This document shows positions 38,864 through 52,609 of a DNA stretch of 64,000 nucleotides, piece by piece; position 1 is the first letter of the stretch, and every line of letters begins with the position of its first letter. The stretch lies in assembly GCF_006345805.1 (NCBI RefSeq), contig NC_043001.1, positions 72,540,001 through 72,604,000 on the forward strand, written 5' to 3'. Below the pieces are notes generated by a model, which worked only from the letters and a program-made list of their open reading frames with translations, was not told the DNA's origin and did not search any database. This DNA is from Octopus sinensis (lineage: Eukaryota). The translations under genes were made by a program, and so were the position numbers.

Positions 38864-39112
38864 GTTATATATATATAAATTTACATCTAAATAGGATAAA
38901 AGTTTTCGACAAAAATTCTATCAATGGCCAGCATATTAAAAAAATACCTTTAAAGGTTAAATTTATAAACAACTTATAAACAAGGGCAAAAGAAAAAAAA
39001 TTCTAATACTTAAAAATGCCGAAAATAGACAAATCGTCAATAACCATATAATTTATCACTATAAGCACGCGTATCGAAGTAAGCCGACAGAAATTTCTAA
39101 AAAATTCCGTTA

Positions 39113-39173
39113 TTATCGTATCGGTCCCAATTTCAGAGTTAATTCATAAGAATTTTCTCCTCGTCAGCGATAA
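39113..39173 (-). ncRNA. Type I hammerhead ribozyme in a TA-flanked insert (~38875-39290)
   Basis: ttatcg CTGACGA ggag aa aattc ttat gaatt aa ctct GAAA ttgg ga ccg ATA cgataa: 6-bp stem I, two-part stem II, AUA triplet. Confidence 0.82.
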
Positions 39174-39283
39174 ATACGGTAAGAAATAAATGAAATACTC
39201 ACTTATACCCATGGAAGAAGCAAACACTAAGTCATGTGCACACTTAAGTGCCCCAAATATAGAATTTTTTTTCTTTTGCCCTT

Positions 39284-39318
<35 letters not shown>

Positions 39319-39414
39319 TGTATGTATATATATATAATTCATTTGCAGAGATAAACATACATATGTATACACACTCGTTTCTACATGTCTAACTGTAACC
39401 TGGAGTTAAAGTAT

Positions 39415-39590
39415 ATATAATCCCTCGACTATCGCGGGTGTTACATTCCAAACCCCCCGTGAGAGATGAAAATCTTAGAACTAGAAACAATACTGTACTG
39501 CATATTTTTAATATTATTTTTATAATTTGTATATATTTATTTTAATATAAATACAAAACCGTGAAAGGTAAACTGCGATAGGCGAATATA
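39415..39590. mobile_element. Tigger/pogo-like MITE, decayed
   Basis: aatccctcgactatcgcggg...actgcgataggcga resembles CAGTAATCCCTCG-type termini. Confidence 0.55.
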
Positions 39591-39607
39591 TATATATATA
39601 TATATAC

Positions 39608-39876
<269 letters not shown>

Positions 39877-39919
39877 ATATATATGTATATGTATATATAT
39901 ATGTATATATATATGTATG

Positions 39920-39956
<37 letters not shown>

Positions 39957-40012
39957 CGTAAGGCATTCCTATGATGGAAGCCTCTTAATGTGTTTTAATG
40001 TACACGGTATTT

Positions 40013-40084
<72 letters not shown>

Positions 40085-40337
40085 TATATATATATGTGGT
40101 GTGTGTATTGGCAGGGCTGGCCTGCTAGGTAGCCGGCCAGAATGCTAGAAATAGATCATCAACGATCAACTACAAGGGAAATTATCTAGAGGAAGAATTC
40201 AGCGAACACCAGAACCAAATTTGGCGGGCAGGACATATGAAAAATTAAATAAAAAACAGACTTAAATGCATACCTCGGTTCGGTCTTAACAAAAGAATTA
40301 CTTGCATAAAGTCTTGCGGTTTGCATCTCGAGGACCG

Positions 40338-40413
40338 AATGTACTGAAGAAGTCACGGACACTTGAATTATGCAAGTAATTCTTTTGTTAAGACCGAAAC
40401 CGAGGTATGCATT
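40338..40413 (+). ncRNA. Type I hammerhead ribozyme, copy 1
   Basis: aatgta CTGAAGA a gtc...gaatta tgcaag taattc...gac c GAAA cc ga g GTA tgcatt. Confidence 0.78.
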
Positions 40414-40880
40414 TAAGTCTGTTTTTTATTTAATTTTTCATATCTCCTGCCCGCCAAATTTGGTTCTGGTGTTCGCTGAATTCTTCCTCTAGAGAATTTC
40501 CCTTGTAGTTGATCGTTGATGATCTATTTCTAGCATTCTGGCCGGCTACCTAGCAGGCCAGCCCTGCCAATATACACATATATTTGAATTTTCTCTGACT
40601 CCTCAGATTTTTTGAATGCTGGACTACTGGTTTTAAATTGATATTAAAATTAATATTAATTTATCTCCCTCAATTTTTAAATATTTAAATAAATACGTTC
40701 CCTAGTAGTAAGCTTTACCCGCAGTGAATTATTCACTGCAGCCCTTCGCTTCAGGAGTCTCTTAGCGCGCCGGAACCAAGACATTTGAAATTTTATTCCC
40801 GATGTAATCAGTAAGACTAAGCACGTGTCTGTTGACACAGAGAGCTGGGGTTAGTCTTGCGGTTTGCATCTCGAGGACCG

Positions 40881-40957
40881 AATGTTACTGAAGAAGTCAC
40901 GGACACTTGAATTATGCAAGTAATTCTTTTGTTAAGACCGAAACCGAGGTATGTATT
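40881..40957 (+). ncRNA. Type I hammerhead ribozyme, copy 2 (stem I weakened)
   Basis: aatgtta CTGAAGA ... GAAA cc ga g GTA tgtatt; core and stems II-III identical to copy 1. Confidence 0.7.
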
Positions 40958-41222
40958 TAAGTCTGTTTTTTATTAGTTTTTTATTTAATTTTTCATATGT
41001 CCTGCCCGCCAAATTTGTTCTGGTGTTCGCTGAATTCTTCCTCTAGAGAATTTCCCTTGTAGTTGATCGTTGATGATCTATTTCTAGCATTCTGGCCGGC
41101 TACCTAGCAGGCCAGCCTGCCAATATACACATATATTGATTTTCTCTGACTCCTCAGATTTTTTGAATGCTGGACTACTGGTTTTAATTGATATTAAAAT
41201 TAATATTAATTTATCTCCCTCA

Positions 41223-41253
<31 letters not shown>

Positions 41254-41661
41254 CGGAAAGAGAGAGAGAGAGAGGGAAAGAAAGAGAGACAGAGAAAAAA
41301 AGACCGAGAGAGTATCGCCGTTAGAAATCTCTCATAGGATGAGATGTTCAGCTACTATCATTGGCAACGTTTTGCCTCAAGTGATAAAATACATTTGTCA
41401 GATAGGAAGCTTAGCTTAAGCGTAATAAATATTATAGCGTCTATAATGAATGAAGTATGCAACATCACCTCTATCGTGTATGCAACATCACCTCTATGGT
41501 GTATGCATACATTTATGCATACATTTAAACACACAACCATATGTACATCTCCACGCATACATTCACAAATATAGAAATATATATTGCGCACAGCCATCTA
41601 CAAAGACATATACACATATATACATACAAAGTTGCATTTATATATTATTATACATACCCCC

Positions 41662-41707
<46 letters not shown>

Positions 41708-42279
41708 GTACTTGGAGAAGAAACGAAACGAAACGAACGAATCGAATCGAATCGACGCGAGGGCGCTCAGTCATACAATAGTGTAATAATAAAATATATG
41801 CATACATACATACATACATCAATATGTACGTACCTACATCTACATGTTATATACATGCATATATAAATATATATACTGAGTACAGGACACCACAATAGAC
41901 GTAGACTCAACGAGAAACGAAAACGGAAAACAGCATGGAGCAGACCATTTTTACAACGAAAAACAGAGTACAAGACAAACTACACAAGAAAAAATCCCCT
42001 TCATCAGCTGTCCCTAGTTCAACTCCAGCGTGTTTCAAAGGTGAGGACAGAACACGAATCGTCGAACTAGCCCTTCCTGCGAAAGAATTAAATAAATTTA
42101 CTTCGCAGAGGGATAAAAACAAAGAAAGAAAAAAATGTAACACAAACAGGACGTAAAAACGATACAAATAAAATTACAAAATAAAATACAAAATAAAATA
42201 CAAAATAAAAATGCAATTACAAAAAAATACAATACGAGAAATAAAAACAAACAAGAAAACAAACATATATATATATATA

Positions 42280-42420
42280 TATTATTAGTGAATTGAAGAA
42301 ATGGAGTTGAACGAAGATTGAACAGAATTCCTTTTATTGCATTCTACACATGTTAGAACGCAATAAAAGGAATTTTGTTCAATCTTCGTTCAACTCCATT
42401 TCTTCAATTCACTAATAATA
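42280..42420. repeat. 141-bp near-perfect palindrome in a TA-flanked insert (to ~42562)
   Basis: 61-bp arms with one mismatch; centre ttcta-cacatgt-tagaa. Confidence 0.92.
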
Positions 42421-42579
42421 TTAAAATTCAATTATCCACACCAACGCACGGTTGCAACACCAAATGGCTTTATCTCCAACCGTGCTTTCTTCTGCTGTGA
42501 TTTTTGGTACCAAGGTATCGGTTAAACTTTTGATTAATCTGCAACAAGATTATTCATCTTTCTATATATATATATATAT

Positions 42580-42634
<55 letters not shown>

Positions 42635-43117
42635 TTCAGTATAATAACACTGTGATTTCGTTCCACATTACTCAAAGTTTTGTGGACGCGTAGAATGCTT
42701 CCCCATAGTCAAATGTTCAGAGGCAATATATATACATACATATATATATGTGTGTGTGTGTGTGTGTGTACTGTAGAAGGAGGTGGTGAAAAGCTAACAA
42801 CACTCACCTCTCCGCATACACATGAACATATATATATACGCACATATATTTGTGTGTGTACACATGCCTATGTACACATCCATACTCAGAAGCAAACACG
42901 TATAAAACTTATATGCATTTCTTGTTTTTCAGTGCTTTGTAGTTACCGAAACCAAACATACAGTTGTGATTGGGTTCGCATTTTCGAATTTAGTTCGATT
43001 CAGTAACTTGTCTAAGCTTTATATAAGGATGTGTAGCTATTATATCTACACTCAGTTTCTCAATTGCAAGCCATTGTCTCTTGGTTGCCTCTGGTAGTAT
43101 TATCCACTCTATACATG

Positions 43118-43179
<62 letters not shown>

Positions 43180-43197
43180 TACATACACATACAACTG

Positions 43198-43525
43198 GGT
43201 GGAGACACATGGCTCAGTGGTTAAAGCGTCGGGCTTACAATTGTGAGATTGTGTGTTCGATTCCGGATCGAGCTGTGTGTTTTGTTATTGAGCAAGACAC
43301 ATTATTCACGTTGCTCCGATTCACTCAACTGTAGAAATGAGTTGCGACGTCATTAGTGGCAAGCTCTATTCGCCTTTACCTTTTCTCTGGATGATATCGG
43401 TTGTGTGGAGAAGAAAGACTGGTATGCATGAGCGACTCATGGTCTTCCATAACACAGACAACCACGGGGATGGAGAACTTTCTTGGTGCAATCCCATGGT
43501 CATTCGTGACCGAAGGAGGTCTGTA
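43198..43525 (+). mobile_element. tRNA-derived SINE, third family
   Basis: A box tggctcagtgg and B box gttcgattcc, then gagcaagacac...gtagaaatgagttgcgac. Confidence 0.75.
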
Positions 43526-44244
43526 CAAAAAATGTATACAATTATAAGCTGAATCCAGTTCGCAACAATTAGCGTAAATTGGTTAATTTTTGTTAGAACT
43601 TACTTGAAGTAAGACCTACTCAGAAAAAATGATATCAACCGTGCTACAAGAAAAATAATAAAAAGCATCATTAATAAAATGAAAGTGAAATTATTGACAT
43701 ATTTCACTTAAAATCAATAATTTTGGTTTCGGTAATAAGAGTCCTAAACATTGTTAAATTAATTGACGTTTGAGAGTCCACTTCATGGAACTCTGAAATA
43801 GTCAAATATATTTCCCTTGAAACTTGAAGAAGAAAGGCTGAATGGATTACATAAAATCTTAAAATCTGAAATCGACTTAAATGATTTTCGTGACTTAGTT
43901 GAAAATAGCATTGAATTGAATGATCTTCCGGCTACAATAATAAAATCAACAAAAGCAGCACCAAGGATAAAGCTAAGCAAATTATGAACACAGAAATTCA
44001 TCCGAATTCAAAAGAAAAGCTCGTTGATGAATGTTATTGGGGGGTGAATTTAATAACTAAACACAACCAATTTATTGTGAAAACTAGAAAGTTTCTGGAA
44101 CCCATTGTCATAAGTCATAAGTCAAACTTGGTTCTGTGCCACAAACTTTCCGTTTTAAAGCGATCTAAATTTAAACCTTCTATTAAAATCTCATGTTTAC
44201 TGAAATCTTCATAAGAAATTACATGGAACCAGACAGTATGTCTT

Positions 44245-44740
44245 TTATCTTTTACTTGTTTCAGACAGTGGACTGCGGCTATGCTTGGCAACGTCTTGAA
44301 GGGTTTTGGTCGAACAAATCGATCCAAGGACTTATTTTTTTAAAGCCTAGTACTTATTCTATCGTACTCCTTTGCCGAAACGCTAATAACGTTAACCTCA
44401 ATTCAAGCGATGGTGGGGAACAAACACAGACGCAAACAGAGAGAGAGAGAGAAGTATACATACATACATACATACATACATACATACATACATACATACA
44501 TACATACATACATACATACATACATACATACATACATACATACGTACATGTGTGTGTGTGAGTGAGTGTGTATTTTTTACACGACTGCAATCCAATCCAT
44601 CTACCAAATCCAATCACAAAGCTTTATTCGGTCTGAGGCTTATAGCACAAGACACCTGTTCAAGGTGCCACACGGTGGGACTGAACCCAGAGCCATGTGG
44701 TTGGATAGTAGGCTTCTTACCAGACAGGCACGCCTGTGCC
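44245..44740 (-). mobile_element. CORE-type SINE with an expanded internal (TATG)n
   Basis: Matches the 10690 family in both halves. Confidence 0.78.
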
Positions 44741-45209
44741 TATATGTTAACAAAATGCCTATGAATGAGGCGTCATTGGTCACTTTTATATAGCAGCTAT
44801 TTGATTATTCCAAGCAAAAATTTAGCAACAAATCCAAGTAATTGTCTGGAAATTATTACTTTAATAAGTAAAAATCAACGCACATAAAAATATTTAAATT
44901 CTTTAAAAACTATGAAAAAAATACAAGTTCTGAAATTTATTCTTCCTCAAAAATTCGTTAATGATTATCAAGAGTTGAATTTAGTTAAAAGTTCAAAAAA
45001 TAATTGTTGTAGATATCTTTTCTCTAATTCGGAATATTTTATACAGAACTGTGATTGAAATGCTGGTGTTTCAGTCAACAGGTTCTTAGAAGTTTGGCAG
45101 ACCATCACAGTGAGCATGCAAATGCGCGCGCGCACATCCCCCAACACATGCATTTTTCCTGTAGCAAGAAAATATTTCAACCGAATGATGCTATTTTTCA
45201 ACCAGGAAC

Positions 45210-45261
<52 letters not shown>

Positions 45262-45345
45262 TATATGTATATATATAAAGAGTGAGAGAAAGAGAGATAC
45301 ATATATACATAATGTGCGTGAGTGTGTGTATATATAATATATATA

Positions 45346-45384
<39 letters not shown>

Positions 45385-45907
45385 TATAATATATACATGG
45401 ATATATATATATATATATATACATACATGGATATATATATATATAATATACACACGCACGTACGCACATACACACTCACATAAATACACACATAACACAC
45501 GCATGCACACACAAATGTATTGTATTAGTGCCATACACAGTAGCATTGTGAAATAGGAAATTGAATGAGTAGAAATTTCTATGATAAATAAATATATTTT
45601 ATTTCGTCGCAACACACTAAATGTAATAAAAATCAATAGTTTTGATTGCATCCAAGAACACGCGCGTGATTTAAAGAGAGTGAAAGGACACCTGTACAAT
45701 TCCAACGGTTCTGCTGATGATTTTCTGACTTACATTTCCAACCCCATTCTTTTTTTTTTCTATTCTATTAAGTTTCCATTCCAACTTCTAAATTGATAAA
45801 GGTTTTTAGGAATGAAACATCTCAAAAGCTTTCACACTAGTTCTATAGATTTCTCTCACTGACTCTCTTTCTCTCTCTTTCTTCATCTCCCTCTATCTCT
45901 TTATATA

Positions 45908-46081
45908 TACGAAGAGGTGCTTGGTTTTAAGTGTCGCGAGAGGCCTGGTTTTATAGGGCTTGGGAAGACTGAAGGACCGCTGCAATAAATGTGTGGATCT
46001 GAGAGGAGAGTATGTTGAATAAAATCATAAGTGATCCTCCAGTATTTTCGTTTACCGAAATCCAGGAACTTTCAGCACCTT

Positions 46082-46085
<4 letters not shown>
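45908..46085 (+). mobile_element. Mariner-derived MITE retaining the transposase C-terminus
   Basis: GRLKDRCNKCVDLRGEYVE*; termini tacgaagaggtgct...ctttcagcacc. Confidence 0.75.
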
Positions 46086-46127
<42 letters not shown>

Positions 46128-46159
46128 AATATATATATATATATATATATAATATATAA

Positions 46160-46195
<36 letters not shown>

Positions 46196-46329
46196 TGTAT
46201 GTATGTATGTATGTGTGTGTATGTATGTATTATGTATGTGTATGCGTGTGGTAACGTGTGTATGTATGGTAGCGTGTGTGTGTGGTAGTAACTGTGTATG
46301 CCCCACACAGCATAAAGCAAAAAATATAT

Positions 46330-47455
46330 TTACATAGTATAAAACCTTATTTTGAGTTGCCTCGGTTTACGCTGCCTTTGTGAACGAAATCTCGTTATAA
46401 CTATGCTTAATATTGCAAATATTTACAGTAAGCGTCAGAAAAAAATGCCATTTTGGCAGCACTAGCTTCCTAAAACTTTTTTTTATCAAAGAGCGGGATG
46501 AAGTTATACAACATCAAAAGATCATCCCTTATTGTTGTTAGGATAAAACGTCACTAGAGAATTGAAACTTTAGTCATTTCTTACTTATTTTTCTGATACT
46601 CCAAAAATAATAAAAAGCGTCACCATAGCTAGTTTACTTAGAATGCAGTAGAGAATCTTGTGACATCAAGAATTTGATTATTGATTGGTTCGTGCTACTT
46701 TTATGTCTTGCAATCAAGTGTTACGTTGAAAAGAATGATTTTGAACCAAAGGCACTTCTGCTTTTGGACAATGTTCTTGGTCATATACCAAATCTCAATT
46801 AATTCCAGACATTCTTGACTGTTGGAGTAATTTCCACTCCAGTAAATACAGACTATGGTATTGGAATGGGGCCGTAGTTCCATGGCCAAAGCGTTTTATC
46901 TTAGAAGTACTTTAACTCGGTTGATAACAGTAATTGATACTAAAACATCAGTCTATCAAAGAATTCTCTAAAAAATCACAACATTATACAAGCATTAAAA
47001 TTATAAATGATACATCGGAAAATTTTAAACATCTAATTCTCATTACGATTAGAATAAAATTGTGACAAATGTTGCAGGAACTGTTGATATTTAGAGTTTA
47101 TAGTTGATCACTAGAACTTCACGTAAGAAAACCGTTAGTATTTCATAGTTCAGCCAATATCTGAACTAGATATTGGTTGAACTATGGAAAACTAACTTCT
47201 CCGCAGCTCGTTTTAATAACAGGGATCTTATCTAAAAGCTTTAGTGAAATAAATCTGTGCTTTAGAGCAAACTTTCCGAAAATTATATAAATTTTAAACA
47301 TAGCATTAAAAGACCAAAATATCTGTAATGTTAGCATTGAACTGTATTAGGTAAGACTCAGAAGGGTCTAAGAAAAAGGCAAAGCAGTTCACCTTTGATG
47401 ACCCCACTTTTTATTATAAGAATAAAAAATACCTTACAGAGCCAGTAAGTACCGT
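46330..47455 (+). mobile_element. Tigger/pogo transposase relic (DDE_1)
   Basis: SKDH..LLLG*NVTRELKL and KALLLLDNVLGH match the pogo KDRLTLLLGGNA and LLILDNAPGH motifs. Confidence 0.65.
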
Positions 47456-47824
47456 ATTTATTTTGCATCATTCTTTTCCACTTACGTTTTACCTTTTTAT
47501 TTTTTACTCGTTTTAGTCATAAGACTGTGGCCATGATGGAGTGGGAAGCAAACACGTATAACAACTCTTGAAGAATTTTAGGAGAATCAATTGACTCCAA
47601 TACTTATCTTTTTAGCTTAGTCTATCGAACTCATTTGTCGAACCGCTCAATTACTGGATACGTAAATACACAAACACCGGTTGGTGGGGTGGGGGTGGGA
47701 AAGCAAAGACACAAAGATACACCCATACACACACACACGCATACACATACACACACTCACACACATATATGTATACATATGTGGATGTATGTATGTATAT
47801 ATATACATATACATGGTTGTATAT

Positions 47825-47856
<32 letters not shown>

Positions 47857-47916
47857 ATATATATATACATATATAAATATATATCCATCTGTCTGTCTGT
47901 CTATCTATCTATCTGT

Positions 47917-47966
<50 letters not shown>

Positions 47967-48839
47967 CAAGTGAAATACAAATAACTTTGTTCAAATTATT
48001 TTGTATAAGAGCATCTGTGTTTAAAAAACGACATTATGAACCTGATGATCTATAAGTATCTGAAAATATAATGTCATCCAAACTTTATGCACACACTTTA
48101 CTAAAGAACAACAACAGCACTGCCCAATGTAAGTAAAAGAAATCAAAAGAATGAGTGACAACGAATGAAAGGTATTGTAGACAGGGTAGACTGAATGAAT
48201 GTACAGTTCTTATTTCTTTCAGTCATTAGAATTTATCTGCGTAAAATCTGTTTTAATCTCCTCTGATAACAACGTTTCACTTAGCGTAGTAAAAATGAGG
48301 TGAAACATATTGACTTCGTTAATCAAAGTATTGGTGCACATCCATCCATCCATCCATCCATCCATCCATCCATCCATCCATCCAACAGTTCAACAGGTAA
48401 ACAGAATTTTATCATTTAAGTATATATGAACATGTCTAGACATGAAGTTGTATACACGAGGATACTTACATAAAACATAACATTCAAATCTGCGCACATA
48501 CATACATACATACATACATACATACATACATACATACATACATACATACATACATACATACACACACATACCCTGTTGATGTTGAAATTCCAGCTCTTTC
48601 TCTATTGGCAAGAAATCTTGAAATAAAATTAAATAACCACAGACACACAGACACGCAGACACACGCGCATGTTGATGCTTATGTGTATTTGCAGACATGG
48701 TTCTGTGGTTAAGAAGTACGTTTTGCAACCATGTGGTTTAGGGTTCAGTCCTACGGCACGGCACCTTGGGCAAGTAAGTGTCTTTTGAGTGTTTTTGATA
48801 GAGAGAAATCGTGTACAAGCCCGATATATATATATATAT

Positions 48840-49870
48840 AAGTGAAAAAATTGGAGTCAAGAAAAAGGGGTACGGTTGGACATTTATTTTTTAATCACTA
48901 CAATTGTTTTCACGCAACGTAGTTCTCCAGGTGTGCTGGTATTTGTTTATGCAACTGTTTCCTTGTATTATAAGATCTAGTTGTGTTTCCTCAGGTGATA
49001 TGTAAATATTGTTTCTGTAAGTTTAAAATCTTCGGCTTGAAGAACATCCTATCTGTCTATCGTGGCATGAATTTAATAGTAGTCTCTGAGTTTATCAGGG
49101 TGTGTTTCTGCTGTAGGGCCGTTGGCAAACTGCTACGAATGTGTAAATGTAATGGGATGGCGAGTAGGTGCTGTTGAACTGGTTGCCGTTTTAAAGGGAT
49201 TGGTCGGTCATTAGGCGGTGAGCTTGCAGAAACGTTAGCACGCCGGGCGAAATGCTTAGCGGTATTTCGTCTGCCATTACACCGTGAGTTCAAATTCTGC
49301 CGAGGTCGACTTTGCCTTTCATCCTTTCGGGGTCGATAAATTAAGTGCCAGTTACGCACTGGGGTCGATGTAATCGACTTAATACCTATGTCTGTCCTTG
49401 TTTGTCCCCTCTGTGTTTAATATTGTGGGTAATAAAGAAATTGGTATTTTATTTCTTTGTACTGCTGATTTTTTCTTCATGGCTGGTTACACATGTGATT
49501 GTCCTTAGCTGGCCTTTAAGATTCGGATACATGCATGCATATACGCGCGCGCGCACGCGCACACATACATGCAATCACATACACATACAGTATCTCTAGG
49601 ATGCTGAATGAGGACTTGTGGTTATTAAAGCAGGTTCTCAAGGGACTTTCTGTTGCCCCCACATATTTCCGTACGCTCGGTTGTCCACTGGGTCATGTTG
49701 CTGTTACTTCTGCCTCGTAAACAACTGTTTCTGTATTGCAGTGGCAGTTTAGTGGACAAGTTGTGCTACCCCTGCATGAGCATCCTGCCTCAGCCTCGGG
49801 TCTGGGCCTACCTGCTAAAATCTTTTTACACACTACGTGCACAGTTAAAGATAATCTCAGGGTATGTGTA
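48840..49870 (-). mobile_element. Penelope-like 3' fragment (GIY-YIG + pLTR with degenerate hammerhead), split by a SINE
   Basis: CSCRGSTTCPLNCHCNTETVVYEAEVT...KYVGATESPLRTCFNNHKSSFS; hammerhead relic cac CTGGAGA..GAAAA caatt GTA gtg at 48896-48933. Confidence 0.8.
49213..49440 (+). mobile_element. Nin-type SINE
   Basis: ggcggtgagcttgcagaaacgttagcacgccgggcgaaatgcttagcgg...ctttcggggtcgataaa. Confidence 0.85.
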
Positions 49871-50457
49871 TTAAATATTTTGTTGACTCTATTGATATGG
49901 GGGAGGGACGAGAAAAATAGGACGAATGCTGCCGTTGATTAGCTCCAAGAGGCCATCACTTCTAGCCAGCTATGTGACACACAAACCTGTGTCCTATTTT
50001 TCTGGACTGCTATGTTAGCTTGGCGATGACTATTAATATCTAGTACCGCTGCCGTAGTCTCCTTTAGAGAGAATTAGAAATAATGACATTTATATATATA
50101 TATATATATAGTGTATATGCAATTACATACCTACTGGTTTTCAATGTGCGTCTGTAAAATCTATACACACTCACATGTGCAGAAAAATTCACGAATACGT
50201 ACTTGTGCTTTCAGCCACGCATTCGCATACAGCCATATATATATAATAAATAACATCGTATTGTACTTCCGTTATATGGTAATCTAAAAAAATGTCACTG
50301 GTCAATATTTGAAAGCCTAAGAAAAAGATTATTTATGAGAATAGTGTGGATTAACTTCAATTTATATCTTCTCCTCTAGAAGAATTCTTTTGCATAGTTC
50401 AACGTCCCTTACTGGTTTTACTGTCTGTCACCATGTACACACGCATATACGCATATA

Positions 50458-50499
<42 letters not shown>

Positions 50500-50582
50500 T
50501 ATATATATATGTATATATATATGTATATATATATATGTATGTATGTATATATATGTATATATATATATAGATTCATATATAT

Positions 50583-50629
<47 letters not shown>

Positions 50630-50922
50630 AATCAAGGAATTTTCTCCTGGTTTACGGAATTGATGTTATTTTGCGGTTGAAGCTTTGGCTGTTATTTCTA
50701 GTGGTGAATGGCCTATTATGGCCGTTCCTTGATTGTGATGTTGAACTTAAAAATGGTCTATGACTATTTAATTTTTTCCCACTAGGCCGCTGGTGGCAAA
50801 AAAATTCTACAAAATTTTTTGCCACCCTATATTGATTAATTATAAATATATATATATATATATTATATATATATATATATATTCATATATATATGTATAT
50901 AATATGTATATATATATAATAT

Positions 50923-50954
<32 letters not shown>

Positions 50955-50959
50955 ATATA

Positions 50960-51029
<70 letters not shown>

Positions 51030-52350
51030 ATATATTATATATATATATATGTATGTATATATATATATATATATATGCGCGCGCGTGTGTATACACATTA
51101 GTAGTAGTGAACAATAGAAAATGTACTTAAATGTTGAATATGAATAATTTAGCTTGATCACCATAATCCCTTTCAGCAGACCTAATTATCTGTCTATTTA
51201 TATACATATATGTATGCATGCGTGAGTATATAAATATGTGTATATACATACATACATACATACATACACACACACATATACACATGTATGTATATATATA
51301 TATCTGTGTGTATGTGTATTCATATACACATATATATGTACATATACATACATATACACATATATATATGTGTGTGTGTATATAAATATATATAAATATA
51401 TGTATACATACGTGCACTCACACACAAACACGTGTATATATATATATATATGTATACTCATATACATATATCTATATACATACATATGCATATATATGTG
51501 TGTGTGTATTATGTATGTATATATGTGTGTATGTGTATATGTATATGTTCTTATATATACATGTGTGTATACAACTATGCAGAAATTCATAATTATACGT
51601 ATATACTCACAGCATTAATAATATATTACATATATGTGGTACAGGGAATTAATACTTTGTTCCTCTACTATTGCTTATTCCATTTTTAACTTTTCTTCTG
51701 TGTAAAAACTTCTCCCTTTAATAACTTTCAGGCATACCTAACACGCCTCCACATTCTTGCTTTTCCTTTGCCTCAGCTACAATTGTTTTATTGGTTCCTC
51801 ACCATCCATTGGAAATTCTATCAAGTCTCTCCAGACATTTTGTCAGTGCCTTGTAGTTCTTTTTGCCGTATTCTTTAACATTTCTTGTCAAAGAACTCCA
51901 TCCTTTTTTCTTTCCATTTTTATTATTTCATCCGTTTAAAGGTGTTTCATCCAAATATTTCATCCGTTTAAAGGTGTTGCATGCACATCTATCACATCAT
52001 CTACGTTCTTCTTCCCTTTCTTTTTACCTCACGCACGCGCCCTCCTCAAACCTCGTCACACCCACGCTTTCTTCATACGCACTTAACCCTTACACACAAA
52101 CATACATGCACCAACACCTCACATCCCGCTCACCTACACACTATTCTTCTGCAGTTATGCACTTCTAGACGTATGCACACACCCTGCAATGCCCACTAAC
52201 CACCCAATCCATTTTCCAGCTTCTAGATATATATATCCTTCCCTACTTGCACACACACACCCACCCCCTCCGTATTTTCATCGCTTGCTCATTTTTCTCT
52301 TCTCTCGCGGACTATTTTTTCCTTCTTACTCCCACTACGCTTTTCTCATT

Positions 52351-52384
52351 TTTCTGATGAAGGACAGAAGTTCGAAACATTAAG
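52351..52384 (+). ncRNA. Degenerate minimal hammerhead at the end of a decayed PLE-like 3' region (~51700-52430)
   Basis: ttt CTGATGA a ggac agaa gttc GAAA c ATT aag; same layout as 37745. Confidence 0.55.
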
Positions 52385-52609
52385 TCTCTTTCTCTTCCCG
52401 TTAACACGTAAAATTAAAACTGTATTTGTTAAACCATGTGACAAGATTTAGACATTATATTTCCACTACGCTAAATAACTACATCTGCTATATCATCCTT
52501 TCCTGGGATCATTCTTGAGCTGAGTTGTATAATAGCAATTTTAATTTCCTCTATGTTAGGATTATTACCCATTTCTCCAGTAACTATGAAATAGTTACAT
52601 AATTCGTCT

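Larger units (their letters stand above)
40106..41229 (+). mobile_element. ORF-less mini-Penelope / retrozyme-like element: inverted arm plus two direct ~370-bp repeats, each with a hammerhead
   Basis: 40106-40309 is inverted relative to 40368-40573; 40310-40679 is directly repeated at 40853-41229; (TA)n on both sides. Confidence 0.82.

Noticed and set aside
41865-42260. Minus-strand GAAA...CTGATGA-agggg as a type II hammerhead
   Set aside because: I could not form stems I and III or place an NUH triplet; likely a pLTR-like repeat fragment.
43198-43275. tRNA gene
   Set aside because: A and B boxes are present but there is no acceptor stem or T-run terminator, and it continues into a SINE body.
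43800-44240. Coding-looking stretch (SNIFPLKLEEERLNGLHKILKSEIDLNDF...) as a host exon
   Set aside because: Bounded by stops, with no clear splice sites or recognisable family; needs BLASTx and RNA-seq.
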